A DNA stretch of 64,000 nt from an uncultured Dehalococcoidia bacterium (GTDB taxonomy: Bacteria > Chloroflexota > Dehalococcoidia > Lucifugimonadales > UBA3495), in assembly GCA_951813535.1 (NCBI GenBank), contig OX638345.1:2899477-2963476 (forward strand), given 5' to 3'. How positions within the stretch are numbered: position 1 is the first letter of the stretch; the number at the start of each line of letters is the position of its first letter. Made by a program: the position numbers and the translations under genes. This document shows positions 1 to 8,738 of this stretch, one piece after another. Below the pieces are notes generated by a model, which had not been told where the DNA came from, did not search any database, and worked only from the letters and a program-made list of their open reading frames with translations.

Positions 1-1291
1 CCCCGAACTGCAATGCTGAAACAGGGACGCGCTCGTTGGCGGCGTGGATTGTTTTGAGGAAGTCGAAATCTGGGGGCAGGTTCATGGGCATCCAGCCGTA
101 GGTCTGAATACCCAGCGCGGCGAAATGTCGCCCATCGGTTCCGGCCGGCATGAGCATGGGAACGGAAACCCCCTCGGGGTCGTGTTCGCGGATGATGCCG
201 GACAGGGTGTCGAACAACCCCATGTTCAGGACCCAGGGTTTGGGTTCGTAGCGGACGGCCTGAAGCTCGATGTCGGGGCCAGCGATGTGCTGCAATTCGC
301 CGAGCAGATCCTCGGCGTCATAGCCCGGGAGCATGCGGCAATCCAACGTAACCGTAACCTCGCTGGGGATGACGTTGGTCTTTTCGCCGCCGGCGATGAC
401 CGTGGCGTTGGCGGTGTGACGGAACAGGGGCTCCATCTCGCGGCCCACGGTTCCCATGCGGCGCAGCATCCGGCCGGTGAAGGCGGGGTTCAGGAGCAGC
501 CGCAAGAACGCCCCATCGGCCAGAGGCAATCGGCCGGCCATGGCCTCGATCATCATGCGTGTGACCGGATGGGCGTGGAACGGCAGCGGAGTGCGGTCGA
601 GTTTGACCAGGAAGTGGGACATGCGAGTCGGAGCGGTATCGTGGTGCACGAGGGAGCCGTGTCCACCAGGTCCGCGGGCTACAGCTTCGACGCGGCAGCC
701 CTGCTTCTCGGCGACCTGGACCATGTAGAACTTGCGGCCCCGGTACGTCTTGCTAAACCCGCCGAACTCGCCGACGGCGTAGCGGACACCGTCGAACATC
801 TCCGGGTGGGTTCGGGCCAGCCAGGCAGCGCCGGTGTTCCCGCCGGCCTCCTCGTCGCTGACCAACGCGAGGATCACGTCGCCGGGCAGGCTGGCATCCT
901 CCTGGTGAGCCCGAATGAAGGCGTCCATCATCATGGCGACGCCGCCTTTCATGTCCAGCGCGCCGCGACCCCAGACATAGTCGTCCTGAAGCCGGCCCTC
1001 GAAAGGAGGCACGTCCCAGGGTTGGGCAACGGTGGGCACCACATCGATGTGCCCGTAAAGCAACAGCGGCGGGGCGTCACCCCGGCCGGGCAGGCGGCTG
1101 ACCACGTTCAGTCGGTCTGGATCTTCTCCGAGGAGGTCAGCGGCGATTCCGGCGTTGGCGAGAACATCGCGGCAGTAGGCTGCGCAGTCGCTCTCGTTGC
1201 CGGGTGGGTTGGTGGTGTCGAAGCGGATGAGCTTCTGGAGGAGGTCGGCTACCGGAGGTCGGACCTGGGTGGAACCTGATGCGGAAACCAT
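1..1291 (-). CDS. M20 family metallopeptidase (ArgE/DapE/dipeptidase-like); 3' end runs off the window
   Basis: Not in the ORF track because there is no stop in the window. My reverse-complement translation from ATG 1291..1289 reads MVSASGSTQVRPPVADLLQKLIRFDTTNPPGNES...LLLYGHIDVVP...GRGALDMKGG...LVSDEEAGG...GTDGRHF, which are typical M20 metal-ligand contexts. The listed 44..1279 + ORF is its antisense shadow. Confidence 0.8.
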   Translation of the reverse strand, partial: MVSASGSTQVRPPVADLLQKLIRFDTTNPPGNESDCAAYCRDVLANAGIAADLLGEDPDRLNVVSRLPGRGDAPPLLLYGHIDVVPTVAQPWDVPPFEGRLQDDYVWGRGALDMKGGVAMMMDAFIRAHQEDASLPGDVILALVSDEEAGGNTGAAWLARTHPEMFDGVRYAVGEFGGFSKTYRGRKFYMVQVAEKQGCRVEAVARGPGGHGSLVHHDTAPTRMSHFLVKLDRTPLPFHAHPVTRMMIEAMAGRLPLADGAFLRLLLNPAFTGRMLRRMGTVGREMEPLFRHTANATVIAGGEKTNVIPSEVTVTLDCRMLPGYDAEDLLGELQHIAGPDIELQAVRYEPKPWVLNMGLFDTLSGIIREHDPEGVSVPMLMPAGTDGRHFAALGIQTYGWMPMNLPPDFDFLKTIHAANERVPVSALQFG

Positions 1292-1322
1292 TGGTCAACC
1301 AGCCCCTGCACGTTGGCGGAGC

Positions 1323-2216
1323 CTAGCGGTTTTCCTCGTCGTCGCCCAGATCCGCGCCCAAACCCTGGAGGAACTCCTCAATACTGGAAGGCAGCGGCGT
1401 GGTTGGCTCGGTTTGCGCGTCGCCGCCGTATTCGCTGTCGTACATCTCTTCGATGCGCGTGAGCGTGTCCCCGGTGGGGATCTGGCCGTCGTTGGGGGTG
1501 AGCTCGTCGTATTGCTTCTGGCCACGCTCGGTCTGCGCAATGTAGTCAGGAAGGTTGTACAGACGACACAGCAGATCCATCATGCGAGCCGCGCCCTGGT
1601 GGTCATCGTCCAGGTTGAGGTATTGGGGCAGGTGCACGACGAAGGCGCGGGTCTCCACGCCGGTCTGAGCCGCGGTTTGGCTCACGGTGTAGGTGATGGT
1701 GGTGGGGCCCTCGTAGCTGCTGGCGCGAGCGTTGGCGATCTGGTAATCGCGTTCCACGTTCTCACCGGTGCCCAAACCGGAAACCACCAGCGGGCGGGTG
1801 TGCGGGACCATGTCGTACATGCCACCGATGAGGGAATACTGCTTCACGCCGAAGTGGTTGATGATCTCCAGCAGGGCGTCAGAGTAGTCCTCGCCATAAA
1901 GGTGAGGCTCCAGGAGATGGGCGGTCAGCAGGTGAGGGCCATCCTCGGGGTTGGCGTAACGGATGATCGTGTTGGGAATGGTAACCTCGCGGCGGCCGTT
2001 GACGAGGTAGGAGCGCGGGCGGTAACGGGTGAAATCGTAGTAGCGGCCCGGGCGATAGAGGCGACCGAGTTCCTGGCTACGCAGATGGCGCTCAACCCTG
2101 CCGAGCGACAGGCTGCCCACGTTTCCCACGTCGATCCACGGTCGGAGCACAGCCAGCATGTGCGGCTCGTGCAACTCCGGCACCGGTTCGGCTATGTCGA
2201 ATTCACCAATACGCAT
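1323..2216 (-). CDS. PAC2 (proteasome assembly chaperone 2-like) family protein
   Basis: 297-aa ORF with GAGGA 7 nt upstream of the ATG. It has an acidic C-terminal tail, and the overall pattern resembles PAC2-family proteins as I remember them. Not searched. Confidence 0.55.
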   Translation of the reverse strand: MRIGEFDIAEPVPELHEPHMLAVLRPWIDVGNVGSLSLGRVERHLRSQELGRLYRPGRYYDFTRYRPRSYLVNGRREVTIPNTIIRYANPEDGPHLLTAHLLEPHLYGEDYSDALLEIINHFGVKQYSLIGGMYDMVPHTRPLVVSGLGTGENVERDYQIANARASSYEGPTTITYTVSQTAAQTGVETRAFVVHLPQYLNLDDDHQGAARMMDLLCRLYNLPDYIAQTERGQKQYDELTPNDGQIPTGDTLTRIEEMYDSEYGGDAQTEPTTPLPSSIEEFLQGLGADLGDDEENR

Positions 2217-2429
2217 AACGTGTCCTCACCGTATCAGTCGGCTACCGCAGCGTCAAGGAAGGTTCGGATAGGGCTTTCGGCGCCCGGAACCGCCCAATTG
2301 TAAATCGGACCGTCACCCGACGCGTGCGTACAACCGGTACACGGGGTCACACCGTCAGTAGGCGATGGGTTCAACACCGGCGGGAAGGACATATGGGCCG
2401 TGGTGGGTTGACCCGAAAATCTACGAAAT

Positions 2430-3608
2430 CTAACACTCCCCCATCTGCACTAGTTGGCCCTCACGCCAGGCGGTGAAGCCACCCTTGACGGTGGCGAAGG
2501 TGTCGAGACGAAGCGCGCCATCGACGTTGTGACCAGCCATGTCGTGCCACACGAAACGGCCTTCGCGCTTGTCCCATATAGCGGCGTCGCCCTCCATGCC
2601 GACAGCCAGGGAGCCAATGCTGTCCTGCAGGCCGAGGATCTCGGCGGGTCGGCTGGTGCTGGCGGCGACGGCGTCGGATAGAGGCATGCCCAACGCGTGG
2701 AACTTGCTGACCAGGTCGTTCATGAGGTAGACGACGCGTCCCGGCGGCGCGATGTGGACATCGGTGCTGATGGTGTCGGGCACGACGCCCTGGTCCATGG
2801 CGGCCTTGACCACCTCCACGTCGCAGTGTATGCCGGCGTGTCCGACGTCCATGACCACCCCACGGTCGGCGGCAGCGCGGACCTCGGGACGGATTTTGCC
2901 AGAATTGTCCAGCATGTTTTCCGGGAAGCCGTTGAAGGCGTGGGTGGAGATGTCGCCGGGGCCGAGGTGTTCGAGCACGTCGGGCAAGGGGATGGGCGTG
3001 CCGCTGACATGTACCATGAGGCGAACGCCCGCCTCGGTGGCCGCTTCGCGGGCCCGCGACATGGCCTCGTGGGCGTTCCACCGGGCCACGGCGTCGAAGT
3101 GCATGCGGACCTTGACGCCGAATACGAAATCAGGGTTGTCCTTGATGGCCTGCACCGTCTGCTCCACGTCAATGATGCGCATGTCGTGGAGACCACCACC
3201 GAGAACCCGATTGGCCGCCAAACCGACAGCCCCGATGTGCAGGAAGGCGAGCAGCCGGGTGCGGTGCGCGGGAAATACGTAGTCGCGCATGGCGCCGTAA
3301 TTGAGGAAACCAGCGCTGCCAGCATCGACGCCGGTGGTCACGCCGCTGCCCAGGCAGGTCTGGTCGGCGTGGACGGCGCTGCCGCTGCCTCCATGATAGA
3401 AATGGCCGTGGAGGTCGATGAGGCCGGGAGTGACCAGTTTGCCGCTGGCGTCGATGGTCTGCGTGGCGGAGGTCGGATCGATGTGATCGGCAACCGCGGC
3501 AACCTTGCCGTCCTTGAAGGCGATGTCGCGGGGTTCGTCGTTGATGCCCTGGGTCGGGTCAAGCAGGTTGCCGCCCGACAGCACCAGGTCATAAGTGGCG
3601 GTGGTCAT
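2430..3608 (-). CDS. amidohydrolase-superfamily metallohydrolase (dihydroorotase/deacetylase-like)
   Basis: Motifs DLHGHF (HxH), VHVSG, DVGHAG and STDVH fit the amidohydrolase TIM-barrel. GGAGGG lies 9 nt upstream of ATG 3608. The ORF-track start at 3626 is a TTG overlapping that RBS. Confidence 0.75.
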   Translation of the reverse strand: MTTATYDLVLSGGNLLDPTQGINDEPRDIAFKDGKVAAVADHIDPTSATQTIDASGKLVTPGLIDLHGHFYHGGSGSAVHADQTCLGSGVTTGVDAGSAGFLNYGAMRDYVFPAHRTRLLAFLHIGAVGLAANRVLGGGLHDMRIIDVEQTVQAIKDNPDFVFGVKVRMHFDAVARWNAHEAMSRAREAATEAGVRLMVHVSGTPIPLPDVLEHLGPGDISTHAFNGFPENMLDNSGKIRPEVRAAADRGVVMDVGHAGIHCDVEVVKAAMDQGVVPDTISTDVHIAPPGRVVYLMNDLVSKFHALGMPLSDAVAASTSRPAEILGLQDSIGSLAVGMEGDAAIWDKREGRFVWHDMAGHNVDGALRLDTFATVKGGFTAWREGQLVQMGEC

Positions 3609-3651
3609 CGGATTGGTTCCCTCCAATCAACGTTCAACGCGAAAGCCCGGC

Positions 3652-3660
3652 GTTCTATCA
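3652..3660 (-). promoter_or_regulatory. extended -10 promoter element TGaTAGAAC for the amidohydrolase gene
   Basis: Minus strand reads TGATAGAAC about 44 nt upstream of ATG 3608. The same TGnTAGAA(C/T) pattern recurs upstream of other genes in the window. Confidence 0.4.
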
Positions 3661-3707
3661 AAGTGCATGGCGCTCGCATTGCACCTCAGAAAATTGGCGA
3701 CCCGGAG

Positions 3708-4181
3708 CTAGTCCTCGTCCCAGTAATAGTCCTCGGCGGCGAGATTTTCCTGCCACCAGCGGCGCAAACGGGGCAGCACCAACTCCTTGGGCTTGCGAAA
3801 ATCGGTCTCAACGAAGTCGAGGGAATCCGAAAGGGGCTTCGCCTCCCACTTTTCGATGGCCTCCATGATGAACCGTCGCACCATTTCCGGGGAACGGGAC
3901 TCCAGCCGGCCCAACTGATAGGCCAGGGTCACGGCCATCTGCATCTGGCAGATCACCGCGTGGGCATCCTCGTCGCGCAGGTTTTCAGGCATGGCGCCGG
4001 ACTGGTCGATGAAGTCGTCCAGAACCTGACCGATGATGAGCGGGGGATCGTTTTCTTCGTGTTCCGGGAGGAACTCCACCAACCGGTCTGCCAAGTCGGC
4101 AACGCCTTCTTCCGGAAGGGCGTAGTCAGCCCAACGGTCATCGCCGGGCTCCGGGTTAGGAGTAAACTGGTCGTCGCTCAT
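3708..4181 (-). CDS. hypothetical acidic protein
   Basis: Open frame with high third-position GC. ATG 4181 has AGGA 8 nt upstream. The ORF-track start at 4223 (GTG) would leave only about 30 nt to divergent ybeY. No motif recognised. Confidence 0.5.
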   Translation of the reverse strand: MSDDQFTPNPEPGDDRWADYALPEEGVADLADRLVEFLPEHEENDPPLIIGQVLDDFIDQSGAMPENLRDEDAHAVICQMQMAVTLAYQLGRLESRSPEMVRRFIMEAIEKWEAKPLSDSLDFVETDFRKPKELVLPRLRRWWQENLAAEDYYWDED

Positions 4182-4253
4182 TGCATCGTCCTGAGCCCCA
4201 AACTGTTCAAACAATTGTATCACGCACCCATTACAAGGATGATTCTCAGCAAT

Positions 4254-4808
4254 ATGACGGTGTTGCTCCCAAATGTTTCCGTGTCAGTACAGACGGACCT
4301 GCCAGAGGGATGGGAACCCATTGACGAACCGGGGTGGCTCGATTCGGTCGTGCGCCGCGGTTTGGCGCAGGCCATACCGGCGAATGCGTCGGGTCAAGTG
4401 AGCCTGCTCCTCACGGACGACGCGACCGTGCGCCACCTCAACCGGGAGTACCGAGGCGTAGACCGTACAACGGACGTGCTGTCGTTTTCGTTCGATCACT
4501 GGGGTCACTGGGAAGGGGATGAGGACGCGCCGGGGTCCGACGAAGAGCTGTTACCGGGGTGGCCGCTACCGGACGACGAGCCGCCGCCGCTGGGGGAGAT
4601 AGTGGTCTCGGTTCCACAGGCGGCTCGACAGGCGGAAACACAGGGGGTGCCGCTGCAGGAGGAGCTGGCGCTGCTCATAGTGCATGGGGCGTTGCACCTG
4701 CTGGGGTACGACCACTATGACGACGAGGAACGGGAGGCGATGCAGGCGCTTGAGCGAGCGGCGTTGTCGGGCCTGTTCCAGAATCCCGAGCCTCCGGTCG
4801 CCGACTAG
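4254..4808 (+). CDS. ybeY: rRNA maturation endoribonuclease YbeY
   Basis: C-terminal part of listed ORF 2697..4808. Carries the HGALHLLGYDH zinc motif and DVLSFSF. Start is ATG 4254, with in-frame alternative ATG 4239. The upstream part of the listed ORF is shadow of minus-strand genes. Confidence 0.85.
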   Translation: MTVLLPNVSVSVQTDLPEGWEPIDEPGWLDSVVRRGLAQAIPANASGQVSLLLTDDATVRHLNREYRGVDRTTDVLSFSFDHWGHWEGDEDAPGSDEELLPGWPLPDDEPPPLGEIVVSVPQAARQAETQGVPLQEELALLIVHGALHLLGYDHYDDEEREAMQALERAALSGLFQNPEPPVAD

Positions 4809-5353
4809 AGGTAGACCATCGCCACCATGATGGCGAAGTAAACCAGCGTCGAGACGACGAGAGCCCAGACGCCGGCCGCCAGATCGTCCAGCATGATTCC
4901 CCACCCGCCATGGAGGTCTTCGAGGCGCCGGCATGGCCAGGGCTTGAGGGTGTCGAAAGCGCGGAAGGCGAAAAAGCACAGCGCCACCCACCACAGCGGC
5001 CACCAGGGCGCAAAGAGGGCGGAAGACAGATGCCAGGAGGCCCAGGCGGTGGGAATCAACGTAATCCACATGCCAACAAACTCGTCCCAGACCGCAGTGC
5101 CGGGGTCGGGGTTGGCGTCAGTGGACATGCGTCCGGTGGCCCAAACACCGACGACCGTTCCGCCCAGGATCAGGACCGCGAGGACCAGCAAGCGCAGCAG
5201 AGTCGCAAAAGGACCGTCGGCGGGGAGCAGAAACATCAGGGCGCAGTAGATAATCGCCGCGGCACCCGCGCCGGCGGTACCCGGCGCCAGGGGGGAGAGC
5301 CCGCTGCCGAATCCGCTGCCGATGAGCCAGGCCAGGCGATCCGCCCAGGACAT
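4805..5353 (-). CDS. pgpA: phosphatidylglycerophosphatase A
   Basis: PgpA motifs FGSGLSPLAPGTAG, DEFVGMW, FRAFDTLKPWP and GGWGIMLDDLAAG. ATG 5353 avoids overlap with the upstream gene (stop at 5364). The 3' end overlaps the ybeY stop by 4 nt (convergent). Confidence 0.8.
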   Translation of the reverse strand: MSWADRLAWLIGSGFGSGLSPLAPGTAGAGAAAIIYCALMFLLPADGPFATLLRLLVLAVLILGGTVVGVWATGRMSTDANPDPGTAVWDEFVGMWITLIPTAWASWHLSSALFAPWWPLWWVALCFFAFRAFDTLKPWPCRRLEDLHGGWGIMLDDLAAGVWALVVSTLVYFAIMVAMVYL

Positions 5354-5363
5354 TTTCCGGAGA

Positions 5364-5738
5364 TCAGGCGTAGCCCAGCCGGTCCAGATCATGCTCACTC
5401 AGGCCCAGATAGTGACCGATTTCATGCAGCAACGTTGTTCGCACTTCCCGGACCACGTCGTGGTGGGTGTCGCAGATATCCAGGATGGGCAGCCGATAAA
5501 TATAGATGCGGTCGGGCATCATAGGATCGGCAGCGTATCGCTCGACCAGAGGTACACCGACGTAGAGGCCAAGGAGGTTGTCGCCGTGATCGTGGTCGGA
5601 CAGGTCCCCGGCGTCAACGGCCTCGGGTCCCGGAAGGTCCTCGACGAGGATGTCGACGTTCTCCAGGGATGCGCGGAAGTTTTCGGGCAACTCCCAATAG
5701 GCCTGCTGAACCAGGCCTTCAAACTCGTCGGGGCTCAT
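5364..5738 (-). CDS. small zinc metallopeptidase-family protein (DUF1025-type)
   Basis: 124 aa with an HEIGHYLG zinc-binding motif near the C-terminus. Lies 14 nt downstream of nfo on the same strand. Confidence 0.7.
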   Translation of the reverse strand: MSPDEFEGLVQQAYWELPENFRASLENVDILVEDLPGPEAVDAGDLSDHDHGDNLLGLYVGVPLVERYAADPMMPDRIYIYRLPILDICDTHHDVVREVRTTLLHEIGHYLGLSEHDLDRLGYA

Positions 5739-5752
5739 GGAATCAGGGAAAA

Positions 5753-6619
5753 TCAGCCGGCGGACACGCGGGCGCGGATTTCCTTGAGAATGTCGACGTT
5801 GGGTTTGTCGGGGCCGCGGTTGTCCTTGTCGTAGCCGGGAACCTCGAGGAAGAAGGGCACATCGGCGAAAGCGGGATGGGACATGATATTGGTGAAGCCT
5901 TCCTCACCGATCAGGCCCTCTCCAATGTTGTCGTGACGGTCCACCCCGGAGCCGCAGGCGCGCTTGGAATCGTTGGCGTGCACTGCGCTCAGCCGATCCA
6001 GGCCGATATCCCGGTCGAACTCGTCGATCATGCCAGCGACGCCGTCGGGGTTGGTGAGGTCATATCCGGCGGCGAAGGCGTGCTGGGTGTCGAGGCAGAT
6101 GCCCAAGCGGGGGCTATCGACGGCGCGCATCACCTCGCCCAACTCGCCGAACTTGGCGCCGATGTGCTGGCCCATGCCGGCCATGTTCTCAAGACACAGC
6201 AGGGGGCCATCAGGAGACTGGTCCAGGACCCGGTTGATGCTGTCCACGACTTGCTGGAAGACGCCGTCGTACCCGGCCCCGCCGTGGCTGCCGGGATGGA
6301 AGATGACACCGCCGGCGCCGATCTGGTCAGCCAGGTGCATGTACTGGACCAGCGAGGTCACGGACTTGTCGACGTTTTCCGGGTTGGAGTTCCCGAGGTT
6401 GATCAGGTAGATGGCGTGCAGGAAGGGCGGCGCCAGCCCGGCTTCGGCGTTCTTTTCGCGGAAGGCGTCCGCCTGGGCATCGGTGAGGGCTTTGAAACGC
6501 CAGGAGCGAGTGGAGGACCCGAAGATCTGGACGGCCTCGGCGCCGATTTCGACGGCGCGACCCACTGCGTTGCCGATGCCGCCGGCGGCGGAAACATGAG
6601 CGCCAATAATCATCGTCAT
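5753..6619 (-). CDS. nfo: deoxyribonuclease IV (endonuclease IV, AP endonuclease family 2)
   Basis: Motifs IGAHVS, HAIYLINL, FHPGSH, LENMAG, CLDTQHAFAAGYD, HANDSK and DRHDNIGEG. Full-length at 288 aa. Confidence 0.9.
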   Translation of the reverse strand: MTMIIGAHVSAAGGIGNAVGRAVEIGAEAVQIFGSSTRSWRFKALTDAQADAFREKNAEAGLAPPFLHAIYLINLGNSNPENVDKSVTSLVQYMHLADQIGAGGVIFHPGSHGGAGYDGVFQQVVDSINRVLDQSPDGPLLCLENMAGMGQHIGAKFGELGEVMRAVDSPRLGICLDTQHAFAAGYDLTNPDGVAGMIDEFDRDIGLDRLSAVHANDSKRACGSGVDRHDNIGEGLIGEEGFTNIMSHPAFADVPFFLEVPGYDKDNRGPDKPNVDILKEIRARVSAG

Positions 6620-6667
6620 TGCCTCGGTAGTTGCCCGGCAGACACCGGCGGGATTTTCGTGATGGAC

Positions 6668-6676
6668 AGTATCGCA
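6668..6676 (-). promoter_or_regulatory. extended -10 promoter element TGcGATACT for nfo
   Basis: Minus strand reads TGCGATACT about 50 nt upstream of ATG 6619, in the 77-nt divergent spacer with the ADH gene. Confidence 0.35.
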
Positions 6677-6696
6677 GATACCAGTCTTGCTTTACC

Positions 6697-7767
6697 ATGA
6701 CCCCGATGACGCTTTCGTCGGTTCCGCAAACCATGTCCGCACTGTCGCTGGTGGAACCCGGGGATCCGCCCACCCTAGCGATGGTGGAACGCCAGGTCCC
6801 GACGCCGGGCCCCGGCGAGGTATTGCTGCGGGTGGACGCCTGCGGATTCTGCCACCACGACTACCTGGTGATGGCGGGAACGCTGCGGCGGGGCGTCGCG
6901 GCGGACGTTGTCCTGGGGCATGAAATGGCGGGGACCGTGGTGTCGTTCGGCGAAGAGGCCACCGCATTTCGGGAGGGCGAACGGGTGGTCAGCCTGCTGA
7001 CTGCGGCGTGCGGTCGTTGCCGGCGGTGCCGCTCCGGCCGAGAACACCGTTGCTTGCAGGGCGCCGGAATCGGCCACGGCCGGGACGGCGGGTTCGCCGA
7101 GTACGTCGCTCTCCCCGAAACGGCGTTGGTATCCGTCCCGGCCGCGGTGCCACCGGAGCGAGCGGCGCTGCTGGCCTGCCCGGCCGGGGTCGCGCTGTCG
7201 GGCATCGACAATGCAGAGGTCTTGGACGGCGAAACGGTGCTGATCACGGGAGCCGGGGGCGGATTGGGCAGCCACGTAGTGCAGCTGGCGACAGTGAAGG
7301 GAGCGCAGGTCATCGCCGTTACGTCATCGCCGGAGAAGGAGGACGCCCTGGAAAGCCTGGGGGCGTCGGTGGTGATTGAGATTGCGGACGGGCCAGACCT
7401 GGCGGAGATGGTCCTGGCGATCACCGAAGATCGGGGCGCTGACGTGGTGATCGATACGGTAGGCCCGCCGCTGTGGCCCGACGTTATGCGGTGCCTGGGG
7501 CAATACGGGCGCATGGCGCTGCTCGGGGACGTAACCGGGGAACCCGCGCCGGTTCGGTTGGCCGAGTTGATCTTCCGGGATCTACGGCTGACCGGGGTAT
7601 CCGGGGTTTCCAAACTTACTCTGGAGCGCTGCGTCGAGATGGCCGCGACGGGCGAGTTACAGCCAGTGGTCGCGGGTGTGTTGCCTCTCAACGCGCGGGG
7701 CGCAGAGGAGGCGGTGCGGATGGTGCGAGAGCGGGAGCCGTTGGGCCGGGTGGTTTTGGTGCCCTGA
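6697..7767 (+). CDS. zinc-dependent alcohol dehydrogenase (MDR family)
   Basis: GHEMAGTVV catalytic-Zn region, CGRCRRCRSGREHRC structural-Zn loop and GAGGGLG dinucleotide loop. ATG 6697 is chosen because the listed start 6631 lies in the spacer right next to the nfo start. Confidence 0.8.
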   Translation: MTPMTLSSVPQTMSALSLVEPGDPPTLAMVERQVPTPGPGEVLLRVDACGFCHHDYLVMAGTLRRGVAADVVLGHEMAGTVVSFGEEATAFREGERVVSLLTAACGRCRRCRSGREHRCLQGAGIGHGRDGGFAEYVALPETALVSVPAAVPPERAALLACPAGVALSGIDNAEVLDGETVLITGAGGGLGSHVVQLATVKGAQVIAVTSSPEKEDALESLGASVVIEIADGPDLAEMVLAITEDRGADVVIDTVGPPLWPDVMRCLGQYGRMALLGDVTGEPAPVRLAELIFRDLRLTGVSGVSKLTLERCVEMAATGELQPVVAGVLPLNARGAEEAVRMVREREPLGRVVLVP

Positions 7768-7778
7768 CCGGGGTGGGA

Positions 7779-8735
7779 TCAGGCGGTTGCCTCGCGGCGA
7801 CCGAGGGTGAAGACGCGGCCGAACTCGCGTCGCTCCCAGATAACCAGGAACTGGGCCGCGATGAAGATTGAGCTATAGGTTCCGACTATCACGCCAATGG
7901 CCACCACCAAGAGCAGTTCACGGATCGATTCGCCGCCGATGAGCAGCATGGCGAGCAGCACCAAAAGGGTGGTGAAGCTGGTGTTCACGGACCGCCCCAC
8001 ACTCTCGATGATGCTGAGATTCACGGTGTCTTCAAGGCTGCGGTCGGGGACCCGGATGGTATTCTCGCGGATGCGGTCGAACACCACGATGGTGTCGTTT
8101 ACCGAGTATCCCGCCACGGTCAGGATGCCGACGATGAACATGGCGTTGACTTCCATATCCAAAACGCGGCCGAGGATGGAGAACACGCCGAGGACGATCA
8201 CGGTGTCGTGAACGAGAGTTACAACCGCGGCCACGCCGTAGCGATAGGCCCGAGGAACCCGGCGGAAGGCGTACCAGATGTAAATGAGGATGAAAACGGA
8301 AGCGACGAGGAGGGCCAGGAAGGTGTTGCGCACCGTCTCCTGAGCGACGATGGGTGACACGGTATCAACGCCGGAGGCGTTGATGGGACCAATCTGCGCC
8401 TCCAGCGCGTCCTCAATCCGTTGCCGTTCGGACGACCCACCGGCAGAGGCTTCTTCGAGCACGCGAGTACGAATCAAAACGGAGCGATCGTCCAAGGACT
8501 GAACCAACGCTTGCGGATGGCCGACGTCGGACAACAGACTACGAACGGCGTCAGCGTTGGCTGGATCCTCAAAAGCGACGGTCAGAACCGAACCACTGGA
8601 GAAGTCGATGCCCGGCTTCAGACCGGAGCCGCCGGAGGCCCAACCGGGCGGGGCGATCATGGACAGCAGGCCGGGTATGATCACCAGGGCCGAAATGACA
8701 AAGTACCAGCCGCGTTTGCCGACGATATTGAACAT
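7779..8735 (-). CDS. secF: protein translocase subunit SecF
   Basis: 318 aa with six predicted TM segments and a conserved SecF pattern (GIDFSSG, AGYSVNDTIVVFDRIRE). Lies 3 nt downstream of secD. Confidence 0.9.
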   Translation of the reverse strand: MFNIVGKRGWYFVISALVIIPGLLSMIAPPGWASGGSGLKPGIDFSSGSVLTVAFEDPANADAVRSLLSDVGHPQALVQSLDDRSVLIRTRVLEEASAGGSSERQRIEDALEAQIGPINASGVDTVSPIVAQETVRNTFLALLVASVFILIYIWYAFRRVPRAYRYGVAAVVTLVHDTVIVLGVFSILGRVLDMEVNAMFIVGILTVAGYSVNDTIVVFDRIRENTIRVPDRSLEDTVNLSIIESVGRSVNTSFTTLLVLLAMLLIGGESIRELLLVVAIGVIVGTYSSIFIAAQFLVIWERREFGRVFTLGRREATA

Positions 8736-8738
8736 TGG

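Noticed and set aside
44-1279. Long ORFs in the track that oppose the genes I call. Examples: 44..1279 +, 1197..2303 +, the 5' part of 2697..4808 +, 5669..6700 +, 9462..10553 +, 17678..18535 +, 19393..20631 +, 20814..21902 +, 24174..25601 +, 27837..28877 +, 29813..30859 +, 36654..37535 -, 43441..44268 -, 55011..56246 -, 56351..57634 -, 59064..60455 -, 62149..63144 -.
   Set aside because: Their translations are Arg/Gly/Ala/Pro/His-rich with no motifs. Each fully overlaps an opposite-strand gene that has clear family signatures. This is the classic shadow-ORF behaviour of GC-rich DNA.
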